A stretch of 40,000 nt of DNA from Anoxybacteroides voinovskiense (GCF_014196205.1 NZ_JACIDE010000010.1:59470-99469), one strand, 5' to 3'; positions 1 to 10,943 are shown, counted from the stretch's first letter. Notes: generated by a model from the letters alone, not told the origin. Numbers and translations: made by a program.

Positions 1-1617
1 TAACAAGTGCAATACAGCATGCTCCGCACCGCCGATATAAATGTCAACTGGAAGCCACTTTTTCAATTTTTCCGGATCAGCTAACTGTTCAGGATTGTGC
101 GGGTCGATATAGCGTAAGTAATACCAGCAACTTCCCGCCCATTGCGGCATCGTATTCGTTTCGCGGCGCCCTTTTTTACCTGTTTTCGGGTCCACAACGT
201 TCACCCATTCTTCAATGTTCGCTAGCGGCGATTCGCCTGTTCCGGACGGTTTAATTTCATCTGTTTTTGGAAGCACAAGCGGTAATTCTTCTTCCGGTAC
301 GGGCGTCATCGTCCCATCTTCCCAATGGATGATCGGAATCGGCTCCCCCCAATAGCGCTGGCGGCTAAATAGCCAATCGCGAAGGCGATATGACACTTTC
401 TTCTCGCCTTTGCCGTTTGCCTCCAACCATTCGACCATTCTTTTTATCGCTTCTTCTTTATTCAAGCCGTTTAAGAAATCAGAGTTAATATGTTCCCCAT
501 CGCCCGTATACGGCTCTTTCGCCACATCGCCGCCAGCAACGACTTCTTTGATTGGTAAATGGAATTTTTTTGCAAATTCATAGTCGCGTTCATCGTGTGC
601 TGGCACTGCCATAATCGCCCCTGTGCCATAGCTCATGAGCACATAATCGGCAATCCAAATTGGCAATTTTTCGCCGTTGGCTGGATTGATTGCATACGCG
701 CCCGTAAATACCCCTGTTTTTTCTTTCGCTAAATCGGTGCGCTCAAGATCGCTTTTACTTTGAATTTGTTGTAAATATGCTTCCACCGCTTCTTTTTGCT
801 CTGGCGTCGTAATTTTTTCGACGAGCGGATGTTCGGGAGCAAGCACTGCATAAGTCGCACCAAATAACGTGTCTGGACGTGTCGTAAAGACGGTGAACGT
901 TTCATCATGGCCGTCAATGGCAAAATGAACGTGTGCTCCTTCCGAACGGCCAATCCAGTTGCGCTGCATTTCTTTAATGCTTTCAGGCCAATCGAGTTCT
1001 TCTAAGTCTTCCAACAAACGGTCGGCATATGCAGTAATCCGAAGCATCCATTGTTTCATCGGCTTGCGAATGACTGGATGTCCGCCGCGTTCGCTTTTCC
1101 CGTCAATGACTTCTTCATTCGCCAAAACCGTTCCTAACGCCGGGCACCAGTTGACTGGCACTTCATCCATATACGCTAAGCCTTTTTCGTATAGCTTTAA
1201 GAAAATCCATTGTGTCCATTTGTAATAATTTGGATCAGTCGTATTGACTTCCCGATCCCAATCGTAAGAAAAGCCAAGCGATTTAATTTGGCGACGGAAG
1301 TTGTTAATATTTTTTTCGGTAAACTCAGCTGGGTCGTTCCCGGTATCAAGTGCATATTGCTCTGCCGGCAAGCCGAACGCATCCCATCCCATCGGGTGAA
1401 GGACATTATAGCCTTGCATGCGCTTCATACGCGCTAAAATATCGGTCGCTGTATATCCTTCTGGGTGTCCAACATGAAGACCAGCGCCGGACGGATATGG
1501 AAACATATCCAAAGCATAAAATTTTCGCTTTCCTTCCTCTTCCGTCGTCTTAAACGTTTTGTTCTCTTCCCAATATTTCTGCCATTTTTTCTCAATCTCA
1601 CGATGATTGAAGCTCAT
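1..1617 (-). CDS. leuS: leucine--tRNA ligase, N-terminal 539 codons; the gene continues past the left window edge
   Basis: Reverse translation from ATG at 1617 reads [55 protein letters not shown] (HIGH-motif region). The frame stays open to position 1, so it is absent from the ORF track for lack of a stop. A Leu T-box lies upstream. Confidence 0.95.
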   Translation of the reverse strand, partial: MSFNHREIEKKWQKYWEENKTFKTTEEEGKRKFYALDMFPYPSGAGLHVGHPEGYTATDILARMKRMQGYNVLHPMGWDAFGLPAEQYALDTGNDPAEFTEKNINNFRRQIKSLGFSYDWDREVNTTDPNYYKWTQWIFLKLYEKGLAYMDEVPVNWCPALGTVLANEEVIDGKSERGGHPVIRKPMKQWMLRITAYADRLLEDLEELDWPESIKEMQRNWIGRSEGAHVHFAIDGHDETFTVFTTRPDTLFGATYAVLAPEHPLVEKITTPEQKEAVEAYLQQIQSKSDLERTDLAKEKTGVFTGAYAINPANGEKLPIWIADYVLMSYGTGAIMAVPAHDERDYEFAKKFHLPIKEVVAGGDVAKEPYTGDGEHINSDFLNGLNKEEAIKRMVEWLEANGKGEKKVSYRLRDWLFSRQRYWGEPIPIIHWEDGTMTPVPEEELPLVLPKTDEIKPSGTGESPLANIEEWVNVVDPKTGKKGRRETNTMPQWAGSCWYYLRYIDPHNPEQLADPEKLKKWLPVDIYIGGAEHAVLHLL

Positions 1618-1671
1618 GTCATATCCTCCCATCTTTCTCTGTCTATGGTCAAAGTGTGAACAAAAAAGAAA

Positions 1672-1925
1672 ATAAAAAAACCCTCGTCCTTCATCAAAAG
1701 GGACGAGAGGTCGAATTTCCCGCGGTACCACCCTCATTAGCGCACAAAAAACGCTCACTCGACTCCTTAACGCAGATTCACGGCGCATGCTACTTCATTC
1801 GCACACGCAACTCCAAGGCGAGTTCGTAAACAAACTTCGGTTGACTCGCACCAGCCGTCAACTCTCTGCGCACCGTTTGTTCACTACTACTCCTTTTCAC
1901 GGTCATTTGGCAATATTTTATTATA
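1672..1925 (-). promoter_or_regulatory. T-box leader (Leu specifier CUC) with intrinsic terminator, controlling leuS
   Basis: The minus strand carries GCAGAGAG (AG box). Specifier context GAA-CUC-G has its codon at 1820..1822. The conserved T-box AATGAGGGTGGTACCGCGGG lies at 1719..1738. A terminator hairpin CCTCTCGTCC...GGACGAGGG plus a U-run follows. Confidence 0.85.
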
Positions 1926-1931
1926 ATCATT

Positions 1932-1960
1932 ATTTTAAGAAATTTATCACTTCGTTGCAA
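1932..1960 (-). promoter_or_regulatory. sigma-A type promoter for the leuS T-box leader
   Basis: Minus strand: TTGCAA (1960..1955), 17-nt spacer, TAAAAT (1937..1932). Confidence 0.6.
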
Positions 1961-2087
1961 GTGTCATCCAAATAATTTCGTACACTATTATACGAAACAC
2001 GTCTTTCGTTCGCTACTTTTCGCTTCCTCTCCGTTCGGTTTTTCTTGGCATTGGAAAAAGCACCCGGATTGTCTCCGAGTGCTTCGT

Positions 2088-2228
2088 TTATTGCTCAGGA
2101 TGGTATTCTGCTTTCGCTTCCTGTCCTTTTTTCGCGTTCCGTTGTTTCACTTCTTTTACCGGATCGTCGAAACTTTTCAAATGCAACGTTTTTTGTTCTG
2201 GATTATTTTGTTTGGAACGTTTTTTCAT
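2088..2228 (-). CDS. small basic hypothetical protein, 46 aa (below the ORF-track cutoff)
   Basis: ATG at 2228 follows AAAGGAGACAGCC. Product is MKKRSKQNNPEQKTLHLKSFDDPVKEVKQRNAKKGQEAKAEYHPEQ. It starts 11 nt after the ytzC stop and is followed by a hairpin plus T-run (about 2055-2085). Confidence 0.5.
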   Translation of the reverse strand: MKKRSKQNNPEQKTLHLKSFDDPVKEVKQRNAKKGQEAKAEYHPEQ

Positions 2229-2239
2229 GGCTGTCTCCT

Positions 2240-2503
2240 TTAATGGTCTAATAAAATCATGTCGTTTTGCAATTGCTCAAGCTGTAAGCGCATCCGATGC
2301 AACTGTTCGCGCTGCTGGGCGTTACAACTCAACGCCAAATGGGCTAAATCATTTACTGCCTGCTCAAGCATTTGTTGCGCGTTCATGTATTCTATGTCAT
2401 TGTCATGTTCTTGCCGCTGTGCCTCGTTATATTGCTCTTTCGCAAACCGAATGACATCTTCACAATGCTGTAAAAACTCATCTACTGATTGCCGCGTCGC
2501 CAT
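2240..2503 (-). CDS. ytzC: YtzC-like small helical protein (DUF2524-type)
   Basis: ORF 2240..2548, with the preferred start ATG at 2503 after GGTGGAGGGAAG (MATRQSVDEFLQHCED...). It sits next to ytqA as in B. subtilis. The family call is from memory. Confidence 0.65.
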   Translation of the reverse strand: MATRQSVDEFLQHCEDVIRFAKEQYNEAQRQEHDNDIEYMNAQQMLEQAVNDLAHLALSCNAQQREQLHRMRLQLEQLQNDMILLDH

Positions 2504-2653
2504 CGTCTTCCCTCCACCTAAAAAGTTGTCCATTTTTAATGTGCGCACTTCTCTTTCTCGTTATGACGCTAATGATTGGAAATTGTCGATTTTTCGGCTG
2601 AATCATGCTACAATGCTAAAATGACAACTATCAGTAAATACAAGGTGATGACG

Positions 2654-3607
2654 ATGAATCCTTTTCCATATACCAATGACAATAAGCGATACCATACGTG
2701 GAACTATCATTTGCGGCAAACGTTCGGCCATAAAGTGTTTAAAGTCGCCCTCGACGGCGGCTTTGATTGCCCGAATCGCGACGGTACGGTCGCATACGGT
2801 GGCTGTACATTTTGCAGTGCGGCTGGCTCTGGCGACTTTGCCGGCAACCGCGCCGATGACTTAGTGACCCAATTTCAAGACATTAAAGAAAAAATGCACG
2901 CCAAATGGAAAGATGGAAAATATTTAGCATATTTCCAAGCGTTCACGAACACCCATGCCCCTGTCGATGTGTTGCGTGAAAAATACGAAACCGTCTTACA
3001 ATTAGACGGCGTCGTCGGGTTGTCGATTGCGACACGTCCTGACTGCTTGCCGGACGATGTCGTTGACTATTTGGCGGAACTAAACGAGCGCACATATTTA
3101 TGGGTCGAGCTTGGCTTGCAAACGGTTCACGAACGAACAGCGCTCCTCATTAACCACGCGCATGATTTCGCCTGCTACGTCGAAGGGGTGCAAAAACTTC
3201 GCAAACACGGCATTCGTGTTTGTTCCCATATTATTAATGGATTGCCGCTTGAGGACTATGACATGATGATGGAAACTGCCAAAACGGTCGCCAACTTAGA
3301 CGTGCAAGGCATTAAAATTCATTTGCTTCACTTATTAAAAGGGACACCGATGGTAAAACAATATGAAAAAGGAATGCTAACGTTTTTATCGTTTGAGGAA
3401 TACGTTCAACTCGTTTGCGACCAACTCGAAATTTTACCGCCGGAAATGGTCGTCCATCGAATTACTGGCGACGGTCCGATTGACTTAATGATCGGTCCAA
3501 TGTGGAGCGTCAATAAATGGGAAGTATTAAATGCCATTGATGCCGAACTCGAACGACGCAATAGCTACCAAGGAAAATATTATAAAAAAGAGGCGATTTC
3601 CCGATGA
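2654..3607 (+). CDS. ytqA: radical SAM protein, TIGR01212/YtqA family
   Basis: CPNRDGTVAYGGCTFCS cysteine motif. Start chosen at ATG 2654 after AAGGTGA; the track ORF begins at 2576. The stop overlaps the ytqB start. Confidence 0.85.
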   Translation: MNPFPYTNDNKRYHTWNYHLRQTFGHKVFKVALDGGFDCPNRDGTVAYGGCTFCSAAGSGDFAGNRADDLVTQFQDIKEKMHAKWKDGKYLAYFQAFTNTHAPVDVLREKYETVLQLDGVVGLSIATRPDCLPDDVVDYLAELNERTYLWVELGLQTVHERTALLINHAHDFACYVEGVQKLRKHGIRVCSHIINGLPLEDYDMMMETAKTVANLDVQGIKIHLLHLLKGTPMVKQYEKGMLTFLSFEEYVQLVCDQLEILPPEMVVHRITGDGPIDLMIGPMWSVNKWEVLNAIDAELERRNSYQGKYYKKEAISR

Positions 3608-4179
3608 AGCTTGCCCGTATTTTGCCGTTTGCTCGCTCGCTGCTTGACCTTGCTGTCCAACCCGGAGACGTCGCAGTCGATGCTACAGTCGGCAACGGAC
3701 ACGATACGCTTTATTTAGCTGAACGCGTCGGGAAAACAGGACGCGTTTTCGGCTTCGATATTCAAGCACAAGCGATTGAAAATACGGTTGCCCGTCTAAA
3801 AGAACATCAAGCGCTGGAACAAGTGACATTATTTCAAAAAAGCCATGATGAATTGTGCGACGCAATTCCGACCGACTATCATGGACGCATTACCGGCGCC
3901 ATTTTCAATCTCGGGTACTTACCAGGCGGAAACAAGCAAATTGTCACGAAACCCGATTCAACGATTCGTGCAGTAGAACAATTACTTCACATCATGGCAC
4001 CGGAAGGAATTATCGTACTCGTCATTTACCACGGCCATCCAGAAGGAGCCATCGAGCGCGATGCGTTGCTTTCCTATGTCGAAACGATTGACCAGCAGCG
4101 CGCACACGTACTGCGTTATCAGTTTATCAACCAAATCAACCATCCGCCATTTATTATTGCGATTGAAAAACGACAATAG
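3604..4179 (+). CDS. ytqB: class I SAM-dependent (putative RNA) methyltransferase YtqB
   Basis: VDATVGNGHDT SAM-binding motif. ATGA overlap with ytqA. Synteny with B. subtilis. Confidence 0.85.
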   Translation: MKLARILPFARSLLDLAVQPGDVAVDATVGNGHDTLYLAERVGKTGRVFGFDIQAQAIENTVARLKEHQALEQVTLFQKSHDELCDAIPTDYHGRITGAIFNLGYLPGGNKQIVTKPDSTIRAVEQLLHIMAPEGIIVLVIYHGHPEGAIERDALLSYVETIDQQRAHVLRYQFINQINHPPFIIAIEKRQ

Positions 4180-4210
4180 GCTGCCTCCAACGAAAGGCAG
4201 CCTTCTTTGT
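4178..4210. terminator. bidirectional intrinsic terminator between ytqB and ytpB
   Basis: AGGCTGCCT (4178..4186) and AGGCAGCCT (4195..4203) form a perfect 9-bp stem, followed by a T-rich tract. Confidence 0.7.
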
Positions 4211-4229
4211 TCAACGCCAAAAAGATCGT

Positions 4230-5303
4230 TTACGCCCATTTTTGCCATGTGCGATATAGGCGACCGTTCCAGTAAAAAAAGCGAGAAATAGGACCACCCA
4301 CACGAAGCAACTGTTTTGCTAGCTGACGTATGTTCGAATGCGCCCGGGCTTTTTCATCTGATAAATACAACCCTAATAGCCCGCGATGAATCAACCGATG
4401 AAATGCCCCGTGCGGCAACTCTGAAAGACACCGCTCTGCTTCCTCCATAAAGTGACATAGCCGTTCCAATAACACGACATCGTTTGGATAATAAAAACAA
4501 AAATTTAAATCGCCGCCAAGCCGGTCTTCTTCTTGGTCAATAAAATAGTCAAGCAAAATATGCAAGCCTTGAATGTACGGAAAATAGCCATCACGAACGC
4601 GGTATGCTAACTCTTTCGAAAACGATTCATTGAACGCATATGCCACTAAACAAAAGATACCGAGCGTCGAACCCGAACATGCAGAAAACTCGTACCATTC
4701 CATTGGCGGGAGGTTGTTTTTATGCTGCGCAAACCATTGTGTCAACCGCGGAATGCGTTCTTCTTGTTTCACATGTTTATGTACTTGCAAATCGCAATAA
4801 TATCCCGCCAGTTCTTTTAAAAGCGGCGCAATCGTGTCATAATGAACGACTTTTTTCAATACATCTTGGCACGTATAGACAAGTTCATGTAAATAGCCGC
4901 CATCGTTTTGTTCGCTTCGATACCGGTAATAATTCGTCGGAACAGCATCGACACATAACGCATCGGGCATCGAATCATGAAGGGCGCGAAAGTCTAACGG
5001 ATCTAGCGATGTGCTTCGGTCGCATAAATTATCAAGATAATCGCTAATCGTTTGATAGGCGACAATAAACCGGATGCATTCTTCTCGATTCGCTTCTGCT
5101 AGTAACGCCAAAATCGCGCCGCCTTCGCAATGAAATGTTTTTGTATTCATGCTTGCGAGCGCTTGTTTGCGCAATTCCGGATCAGGAATGTTCTCCGCTT
5201 TTTTTCGCCAAAACGCCAATTCACGATGGACGATTGGAAACACATCGCGATAGACGTTTTTCATTAATGAAACAGGATGCGTCGGAATACTCAACAACCT
5301 CAC
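4230..5303 (-). CDS. ytpB: tetraprenyl-beta-curcumene synthase (YtpB, DUF2600 family)
   Basis: 357-aa ORF. Its N-terminus (VFPIVHRELAFWRKKAENIPDPELRKQAL) and its position between ytqB and ytpA match the B. subtilis locus. Confidence 0.8.
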   Translation of the reverse strand: MRLLSIPTHPVSLMKNVYRDVFPIVHRELAFWRKKAENIPDPELRKQALASMNTKTFHCEGGAILALLAEANREECIRFIVAYQTISDYLDNLCDRSTSLDPLDFRALHDSMPDALCVDAVPTNYYRYRSEQNDGGYLHELVYTCQDVLKKVVHYDTIAPLLKELAGYYCDLQVHKHVKQEERIPRLTQWFAQHKNNLPPMEWYEFSACSGSTLGIFCLVAYAFNESFSKELAYRVRDGYFPYIQGLHILLDYFIDQEEDRLGGDLNFCFYYPNDVVLLERLCHFMEEAERCLSELPHGAFHRLIHRGLLGLYLSDEKARAHSNIRQLAKQLLRVGGPISRFFYWNGRLYRTWQKWA

Positions 5304-5308
5304 CTCAA

Positions 5309-6103
5309 CTATGTTCTCCGAAGCATTAGCTGTGTGTCAAAAAATGTTTTCGCGTACAAAAACACATCCTCACGCTCCGGCTCATTAAAAATTTCATGAT
5401 ACAGCGAATCCCATTCTTTATATACTTTTTCTGAAATTGGTAGATCGTCAAACCATTGTTTGACAGCGGTCTTGTCCACAATTTTATCGTCGCCTCCCTG
5501 CATAAGCAACAGCGGAACATCGGGAAATTTGTCAATATTGCGTCGAGCGAGCTTCATCGCTTTTACTAGCTCACGATACCAACGGACAGATACTCTTGTC
5601 ACATAAAGCGAATCATTTTTGTCCATTTCGCGCACTTCTTCATTTCGCGTCGCCAGCTCCACCGACAGTCCAGAGTCAAACAACATCGCAGGCGCAACAT
5701 AATTCAACATTTTCGACAAAGCATCAAGCCCTTTGGACGGATAGGTGACAAGCCCTAAACATGGCGACGATAAAAGAACGCCACTTATTGGGAGATGCTT
5801 TTCTTGCAGCGTCCGAATGACGACAAGCCCGCCCATGCTATGACCAAGAAGGAAAATCGGCAAATGAAACGCTTTTGCGGCTTCGACCCACTCCGCCATT
5901 TCGTTTATATACTCATCAAACGACTGAATATGCCCTCGCTTTCTTCGCGTCGTCGTCCCTTGACCTGGCAAATCCCCCATAACGACATGAAACCCGCTCA
6001 AGCGAAACATTTCGATTAGCCACTTGTATCGGCCATGATGCTCTGCCGCCCCGTGAACAATTACGACAACTCCTTTCGGCTCTGTCGCTTCCCATTTCCA
6101 CAT
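5309..6103 (-). CDS. ytpA: alpha/beta hydrolase, lysophospholipase/monoacylglycerol lipase-like YtpA
   Basis: HGAAEHHGRY and GHSMGG nucleophile-elbow motifs. Start set at ATG 6103 (MWKWEATEPKG) after GAGGGA. The 85-codon upstream extension in the track overlaps ytoA and was rejected. Confidence 0.85.
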   Translation of the reverse strand: MWKWEATEPKGVVVIVHGAAEHHGRYKWLIEMFRLSGFHVVMGDLPGQGTTTRRKRGHIQSFDEYINEMAEWVEAAKAFHLPIFLLGHSMGGLVVIRTLQEKHLPISGVLLSSPCLGLVTYPSKGLDALSKMLNYVAPAMLFDSGLSVELATRNEEVREMDKNDSLYVTRVSVRWYRELVKAMKLARRNIDKFPDVPLLLMQGGDDKIVDKTAVKQWFDDLPISEKVYKEWDSLYHEIFNEPEREDVFLYAKTFFDTQLMLRRT

Positions 6104-6184
6104 AAAAATCCCTCGCTTTCGTTTACGAATGAAAAAAAAGTTTGTACACTTATAATACATACTGAAAAAGGAAGGAAGAAAGCA

Positions 6185-6703
6185 ATGATTTACCCATATA
6201 AAGACAAATATCCAAAAATCGCGCAATCGGCGTTTATTGCTGACTATGTAACCATTACTGGCGATGTAACAATCGGCGAGGAAACAAGTATTTGGTTTAA
6301 TACTGTCATTCGCGGCGATGTCGCACCGACAATCATCGGCAACCGTGTCAATATTCAAGATAACTCAGTTTTGCATCAAAGTCCAAACAATCCGCTCATT
6401 ATCGAAGACGATGTAACCGTCGGGCATCAAGTCATTTTGCATAGCGCCATCATCCGCAAAAACGCATTAATTGGCATGGGTGCTATCATCCTTGATGGAG
6501 CAGAAATTGGAGAAGGGGCGTTTATCGGTGCTGGAAGCCTCGTCCCACAAGGCAAAAAAATTCCGCCGCGCACACTCGCGTTCGGACGCCCTGCCAAAGT
6601 CGTTCGTGAATTAACAGAAGACGATGAACGCGAAATGGCACGCATTCGCCGTGAATATGTGGAAAAAGGGCAATATTACAAATCGCTCCAACATAACAAC
6701 TAA
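6185..6703 (+). CDS. ytoA: gamma-carbonic-anhydrase-like hexapeptide-repeat protein YtoA
   Basis: Left-handed beta-helix repeats (ITGDVTIGEETSIWFNTVIRGDV...). Start at ATG 6185 after AAAAGGAAGGAAG. Confidence 0.85.
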   Translation: MIYPYKDKYPKIAQSAFIADYVTITGDVTIGEETSIWFNTVIRGDVAPTIIGNRVNIQDNSVLHQSPNNPLIIEDDVTVGHQVILHSAIIRKNALIGMGAIILDGAEIGEGAFIGAGSLVPQGKKIPPRTLAFGRPAKVVRELTEDDEREMARIRREYVEKGQYYKSLQHNN

Positions 6704-6789
6704 CGGGGTTTCCACATATTTTTCACCGTTTTTTCATTGCTTATATGTTATGATAGGAGAAGAAATTCATAAACTAGGGAGTTAGCTAT

Positions 6790-7629
6790 ATGTACGTACT
6801 TTTCCTATTATTAACAATCCTAATAGTCGTTAGTGTCGTATATTGGCTAAAATCGCTCTGGAAAACTGCCACTGTTTTCTTTTGCATAGCAGTGTTAGCC
6901 GTTCCGTTACTATGGCAGCAACAAATCCAACAAGCAATCGAACAATGGAAACAGTCCGATTATATAAAAAAGACCGTACCGTTACGTCGAATCGTTGCTT
7001 CGTTGGAAGAAAATGAGATTAAGCCGTTTGTGTTGCTTGACGTCCCGCTCATTCAACAACTGCCAGAATTGCCGCGTGGCTGTGAAGTAACGAGCCTTGC
7101 GATGCTTCTGCAAGACGCAGGTGTACAAGTCGATAAAACGACGCTTGCCAAACAAATAAAAAAAGACCCGACCCCTTTTCAGCGCCGCAACGGCAAAGTA
7201 TATTTCGGTAATCCACATAACGGATTTGTTGGCGACATGTATTCGCTCACGACCCCTGGGCTTGGCGTATATCATGAGCCGATTGAGGAACTAGCGAAGC
7301 AATATTTGCCAAATCGAATCGTTAATCTCACCGGTAGCGATTTTTCTGAGCTGCAAAAATATTTATCGCAAGGCGCTCCCGTTTTAGTTATTACAAACAG
7401 TACGTTTCGAGCGCTTCCGGAATCTGCGTTTCGCGAATGGGATACCCCGAATGGTCCCATTAAAATTACGTATTACGAACATTCTGTTGTCATTACCGGC
7501 TATGACCAAGACTACATTTATTTCAATGATCCGCTTTCCGACCAAAAAAATAAAAAAGCACCGAAAGACGACTTTTTAGCCGCTTGGGTGCAAATGGGGA
7601 AACAAGCCATTACGTATCAGCCGAAATAA
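6790..7629 (+). CDS. membrane-anchored peptidase C39-like (YvpB-like) protein
   Basis: N-terminal TM helices. Catalytic-type motifs RGCEVTSLAMLL (Cys) and EHSVVITGYD (His). Confidence 0.7.
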   Translation: MYVLFLLLTILIVVSVVYWLKSLWKTATVFFCIAVLAVPLLWQQQIQQAIEQWKQSDYIKKTVPLRRIVASLEENEIKPFVLLDVPLIQQLPELPRGCEVTSLAMLLQDAGVQVDKTTLAKQIKKDPTPFQRRNGKVYFGNPHNGFVGDMYSLTTPGLGVYHEPIEELAKQYLPNRIVNLTGSDFSELQKYLSQGAPVLVITNSTFRALPESAFREWDTPNGPIKITYYEHSVVITGYDQDYIYFNDPLSDQKNKKAPKDDFLAAWVQMGKQAITYQPK

Positions 7630-7630
7630 A

Positions 7631-7665
7631 CCTCTCCCATCTACCGTGATGGGGAGGCTTTTCGG
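7631..7665. terminator. bidirectional intrinsic terminator (C39-like gene / asnB)
   Basis: CCTCTCCCATC...GATGGGGAGG hairpin flanked by T-runs on both strands. Confidence 0.65.
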
Positions 7666-7668
7666 TTG

Positions 7669-9564
7669 TTAAATCGATACGGGTTGCTTGTCTCTTTTTT
7701 CATGCGCAAAATCATATTTTTTTTCGATATACACTTGATGCCAAACCATAAAGGCAAGCACTGTCCAAATTTTTCGGCTATGGTCAGCTTTATTCGCACA
7801 ATGCTCTTCTAATAAGCGATAGAGCACATCTTTTCGGAACAAGTGATCCGTATCGCTTTCTTTGATGATTGTCTTCGCCCAATCGTACATTTCGTTTTTT
7901 AGCCAATGGCGAATTGGAACTGGGAATCCTAGTTTTTTACGATGCAAGACATGATCAGGAACAATTCCTTCCGCCGCTTTCCGTAAAATATATTTGGTCG
8001 TATTGTTTGCTGTTTTCCATTCCGGTGCGATTTTGGCAGCGACAGCAAATACTTCTTTATCTAAAAACGGCACGCGCAATTCAAGCGAATGTGCCATCGT
8101 CATTTTGTCTGCCTTCAATAAAATATCACCGCGTAGCCACGTATGAATGTCGACATATTGCATTCGGTTCACTGGTGGATAATTTGTTGTTTGTTCATAA
8201 AGCGGACGGGTCACTGTCGTATAATCTAGCCCATCGCGATAGCTTTTTAACAACTCTTGTTTTTCCGCTTCGCTAAACATTTTCGCGTTGCCGATATACC
8301 GTTCTTCCATCGGCGTTAAGCCGCGCTCAATAAAGCTTTTTCCTTTCACTCCATCCGGGAGCAGGCGGGCAATGACGCGCAGCGCGGATTTTGCTGCATT
8401 CGGCATCCGTTCAAACACTTCTAGCGACTGCGGTTCACGATAAATGTTGTAGCCGCCAAACAACTCATCTGCTCCTTCCCCGGACAATACAACTGTTACG
8501 TGCTTTCTCGCCTCTCGTGCAACGAAATAAAGCGGCACAGCGGCCGGATCGGCAAGCGGGTCGTCCATATGCCACATAATTTTTGGCAGTTCGTCCATAT
8601 ATTCTTGCGGGGAGATAACGTAGCTAATATTTTCTACTCCTAGTTTTGCCGCCGTTTCTTTTGCTACATCGATTTCACTAAACCCTTCCCGTTCAAAGCC
8701 GACCGAAAATGTTTTAATATTTGGATGAAAGTGTTTTGCAATCGATGCGATAAGCGATGAATCGATGCCACCAGACAAAAACGACCCGACCGGGACGTCG
8801 CTTCGCATATGCACTTTCACCGAGTCAAACAACACATCGCGAATTTCTTTTACTAGTTCCTCTTCTGTTTGCACAATCGGGTGAAACGTTGCTTTCCAGT
8901 ATGGATGAATCGTTAACGGCTCCCCGATTTTCTTTTGCATATAATGACCAGGCTCTAGCTTCCGAATATCCGCTGACATCGTGAACGGCTCAGGAACATA
9001 TTGGAACGTTAAATAATGTTGCAATGCATCGTAATGAAGGGAATCATGCCCAAGCGCATGCAAAATGCTCTTTTTCTCCGACGCAAAAAACGTACGTCCG
9101 TTTTGTTCAAAATAGAAAAACGGTTTAATACCAAACGGGTCGCGCGCGGCAAAAATCGTCTTTTCTTCTTTATCCCAAATGACAAAAGCAAACATGCCGC
9201 GCAGCTTTTCAACCGCTTTTTCTTTCGCATGGCTATAAAGAGCGATAATCACTTCTGTATCCGAATGAGTGGAAAATGTATACCCTTGTTCCAATAGTTC
9301 TTCGCGCAATTCGACGTAGTTATAAATTTCCCCATTAAAAATAATCCAATATCGCTCGTTTTCATAAGAAAGCGGCTGATGCCCCGCTTCTAAATCAATA
9401 ATGCTGAGCCGTCGAAAGCCGAAATGGACGTAGTCATCAAAAAAATACCCGTCATCATCCGGCCCACGATGGGTAATGATATCATTCATCTCTGTAAACG
9501 TTTGTTTCCATTGTTCATCCATTGTTTTCGGTTCATCATAAATACATCCAATAAACCCGCACAT
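7669..9564 (-). CDS. asnB: asparagine synthase (glutamine-hydrolysing)
   Basis: N-terminal MCGFIG catalytic Cys2, SGGIDSS PP-loop motif, 631 aa. Confidence 0.92.
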   Translation of the reverse strand: MCGFIGCIYDEPKTMDEQWKQTFTEMNDIITHRGPDDDGYFFDDYVHFGFRRLSIIDLEAGHQPLSYENERYWIIFNGEIYNYVELREELLEQGYTFSTHSDTEVIIALYSHAKEKAVEKLRGMFAFVIWDKEEKTIFAARDPFGIKPFFYFEQNGRTFFASEKKSILHALGHDSLHYDALQHYLTFQYVPEPFTMSADIRKLEPGHYMQKKIGEPLTIHPYWKATFHPIVQTEEELVKEIRDVLFDSVKVHMRSDVPVGSFLSGGIDSSLIASIAKHFHPNIKTFSVGFEREGFSEIDVAKETAAKLGVENISYVISPQEYMDELPKIMWHMDDPLADPAAVPLYFVAREARKHVTVVLSGEGADELFGGYNIYREPQSLEVFERMPNAAKSALRVIARLLPDGVKGKSFIERGLTPMEERYIGNAKMFSEAEKQELLKSYRDGLDYTTVTRPLYEQTTNYPPVNRMQYVDIHTWLRGDILLKADKMTMAHSLELRVPFLDKEVFAVAAKIAPEWKTANNTTKYILRKAAEGIVPDHVLHRKKLGFPVPIRHWLKNEMYDWAKTIIKESDTDHLFRKDVLYRLLEEHCANKADHSRKIWTVLAFMVWHQVYIEKKYDFAHEKRDKQPVSI

Positions 9565-9698
9565 GACGTTGTCACCTACTTTTTTTGTGTTTCAACTTAA
9601 GAATTATACCACATCTTTAGACAAACGATTACATTTAGTTTAGCCAGAAGCAGTTAACAATTAGTCGAATATAAGAAAGATTTCGTTTCAGGAAAAGA

Positions 9699-9729
9699 GA
9701 AAGAGAGCTACGATTCGTAACTCTCTTTC
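9699..9729 (-). terminator. intrinsic terminator downstream of metK
   Basis: GAAAGAGAG (9699..9707) and CTCTCTTTC (9721..9729) form the stem, followed on the minus strand by TCTTTTCC. Confidence 0.65.
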
Positions 9730-9734
9730 CGTTT

Positions 9735-10943
9735 TTACTTCGCTAACGCAAGTGCTTGCTCTTTTAACGCTTCTGCTTTATCTGTACGCTCCCACGGAAG
9801 GTCGATGTCTGTGCGTCCAAAGTGACCGTAAGCAGCTGTTTGTTTGTAAATCGGACGGCGCAAGTCTAGCATTTTAATGATGCCTGCTGGGCGAAGGTCG
9901 AAGTTGTTGCGGACAACTTCAATTAAAATGTCTTCAGATACTTTGCCTGTGCCAAACGTGTCAATCGAAATCGATACTGGCTTTGCAACACCGATCGCAT
10001 ACGCTAGTTGCACTTCGCATTTATCCGCCAGACCAGCAGCAACGATGTTTTTCGCCACATAACGAGCCGCGTATGCCGCCGAACGGTCTACTTTTGTCGG
10101 GTCTTTTCCAGAGAACGCACCGCCGCCGTGACGAGCGTATCCGCCGTATGTGTCGACGATAATTTTGCGGCCTGTTAATCCCGCGTCCCCTTGTGGACCA
10201 CCGATGACGAAGCGGCCTGTTGGGTTGATGAAGTATTTCGTATTTTCGTCAATTAACTCTGCTGGAACGACCGGTTGAATGACATGCTCTTTAATGTTGC
10301 GCACAATTTGGTCTTGTGTAATTTCTGGGTGATGCTGCGTTGAAACGACAATGGTGTCGATGCGAACCGGTTTGCCGTTCTCATCGTACTCGACCGTTAC
10401 TTGTGTTTTTCCGTCTGGACGCAAGTACGGCAAAATGTCTTCTTTGCGAACTTCCGCTAAGCGGCGCGCTAATTTGTGTGCCAATGAAATCGGTAGCGGC
10501 ATGAGTTCTTTCGTTTCATTGCAAGCAAAGCCAAACATTAACCCTTGGTCGCCTGCGCCAATTGCTTCGATTTCTTCGTCAGTCATCTGACCTTCGCGCG
10601 CCTCCAACGCTTTATCTACGCCCATGGCAATGTCTGGCGATTGCTCATCAATCGAAGTCAACACCGCGCACGTATCCGCGTCAAATCCAAACTTCGCCCG
10701 CGTATAGCCGATTTCGCGAACCGTCTCACGAACAATTTTCGGAATATCCACGTACGTCGATGTCGTAATTTCTCCACTCACTAATACTAAGCCAGTTGTT
10801 ACGCTCGTTTCGCATGCGACGCGCGCATTTGGGTCTTTCGCTAAAATCGCGTCTAAAATCGCGTCAGAAATTTGGTCACAAATTTTGTCCGGATGGCCTT
10901 CTGTTACAGATTCCGAAGTAAATAAACGGCGTTTTGCTGACAT
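9735..10943 (-). CDS. metK: S-adenosylmethionine synthase
   Basis: 402 aa with [20 protein letters not shown] and [16 protein letters not shown] signature motifs. Confidence 0.97.
   Translation of the reverse strand: MSAKRRLFTSESVTEGHPDKICDQISDAILDAILAKDPNARVACETSVTTGLVLVSGEITTSTYVDIPKIVRETVREIGYTRAKFGFDADTCAVLTSIDEQSPDIAMGVDKALEAREGQMTDEEIEAIGAGDQGLMFGFACNETKELMPLPISLAHKLARRLAEVRKEDILPYLRPDGKTQVTVEYDENGKPVRIDTIVVSTQHHPEITQDQIVRNIKEHVIQPVVPAELIDENTKYFINPTGRFVIGGPQGDAGLTGRKIIVDTYGGYARHGGGAFSGKDPTKVDRSAAYAARYVAKNIVAAGLADKCEVQLAYAIGVAKPVSISIDTFGTGKVSEDILIEVVRNNFDLRPAGIIKMLDLRRPIYKQTAAYGHFGRTDIDLPWERTDKAEALKEQALALAK

Noticed and set aside
959-1659. Several 60-90 aa plus-strand ORFs in the track (959..1225, 1210..1437, 1350..1553, 1465..1659)
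   Set aside because: All lie antisense to, or out of frame with, the clearly conserved leuS reading frame on the minus strand. They have no SD sequences and low-complexity products.
2259-2624. 121-aa Cys-rich plus-strand ORF
   Set aside because: It is antisense to the ytzC-like gene, which has a proper SD and a helical product. The Cys/Ser-rich composition is typical of a wrong-frame translation.
6104-6358. 85-codon N-terminal extension of the ytpA ORF (track ORF 5309..6358)
   Set aside because: The extension overlaps the ytoA promoter and coding start on the other strand and is hydrophobic junk. The conserved hydrolase begins at MWKWEATEPKG, with an SD before ATG 6103.
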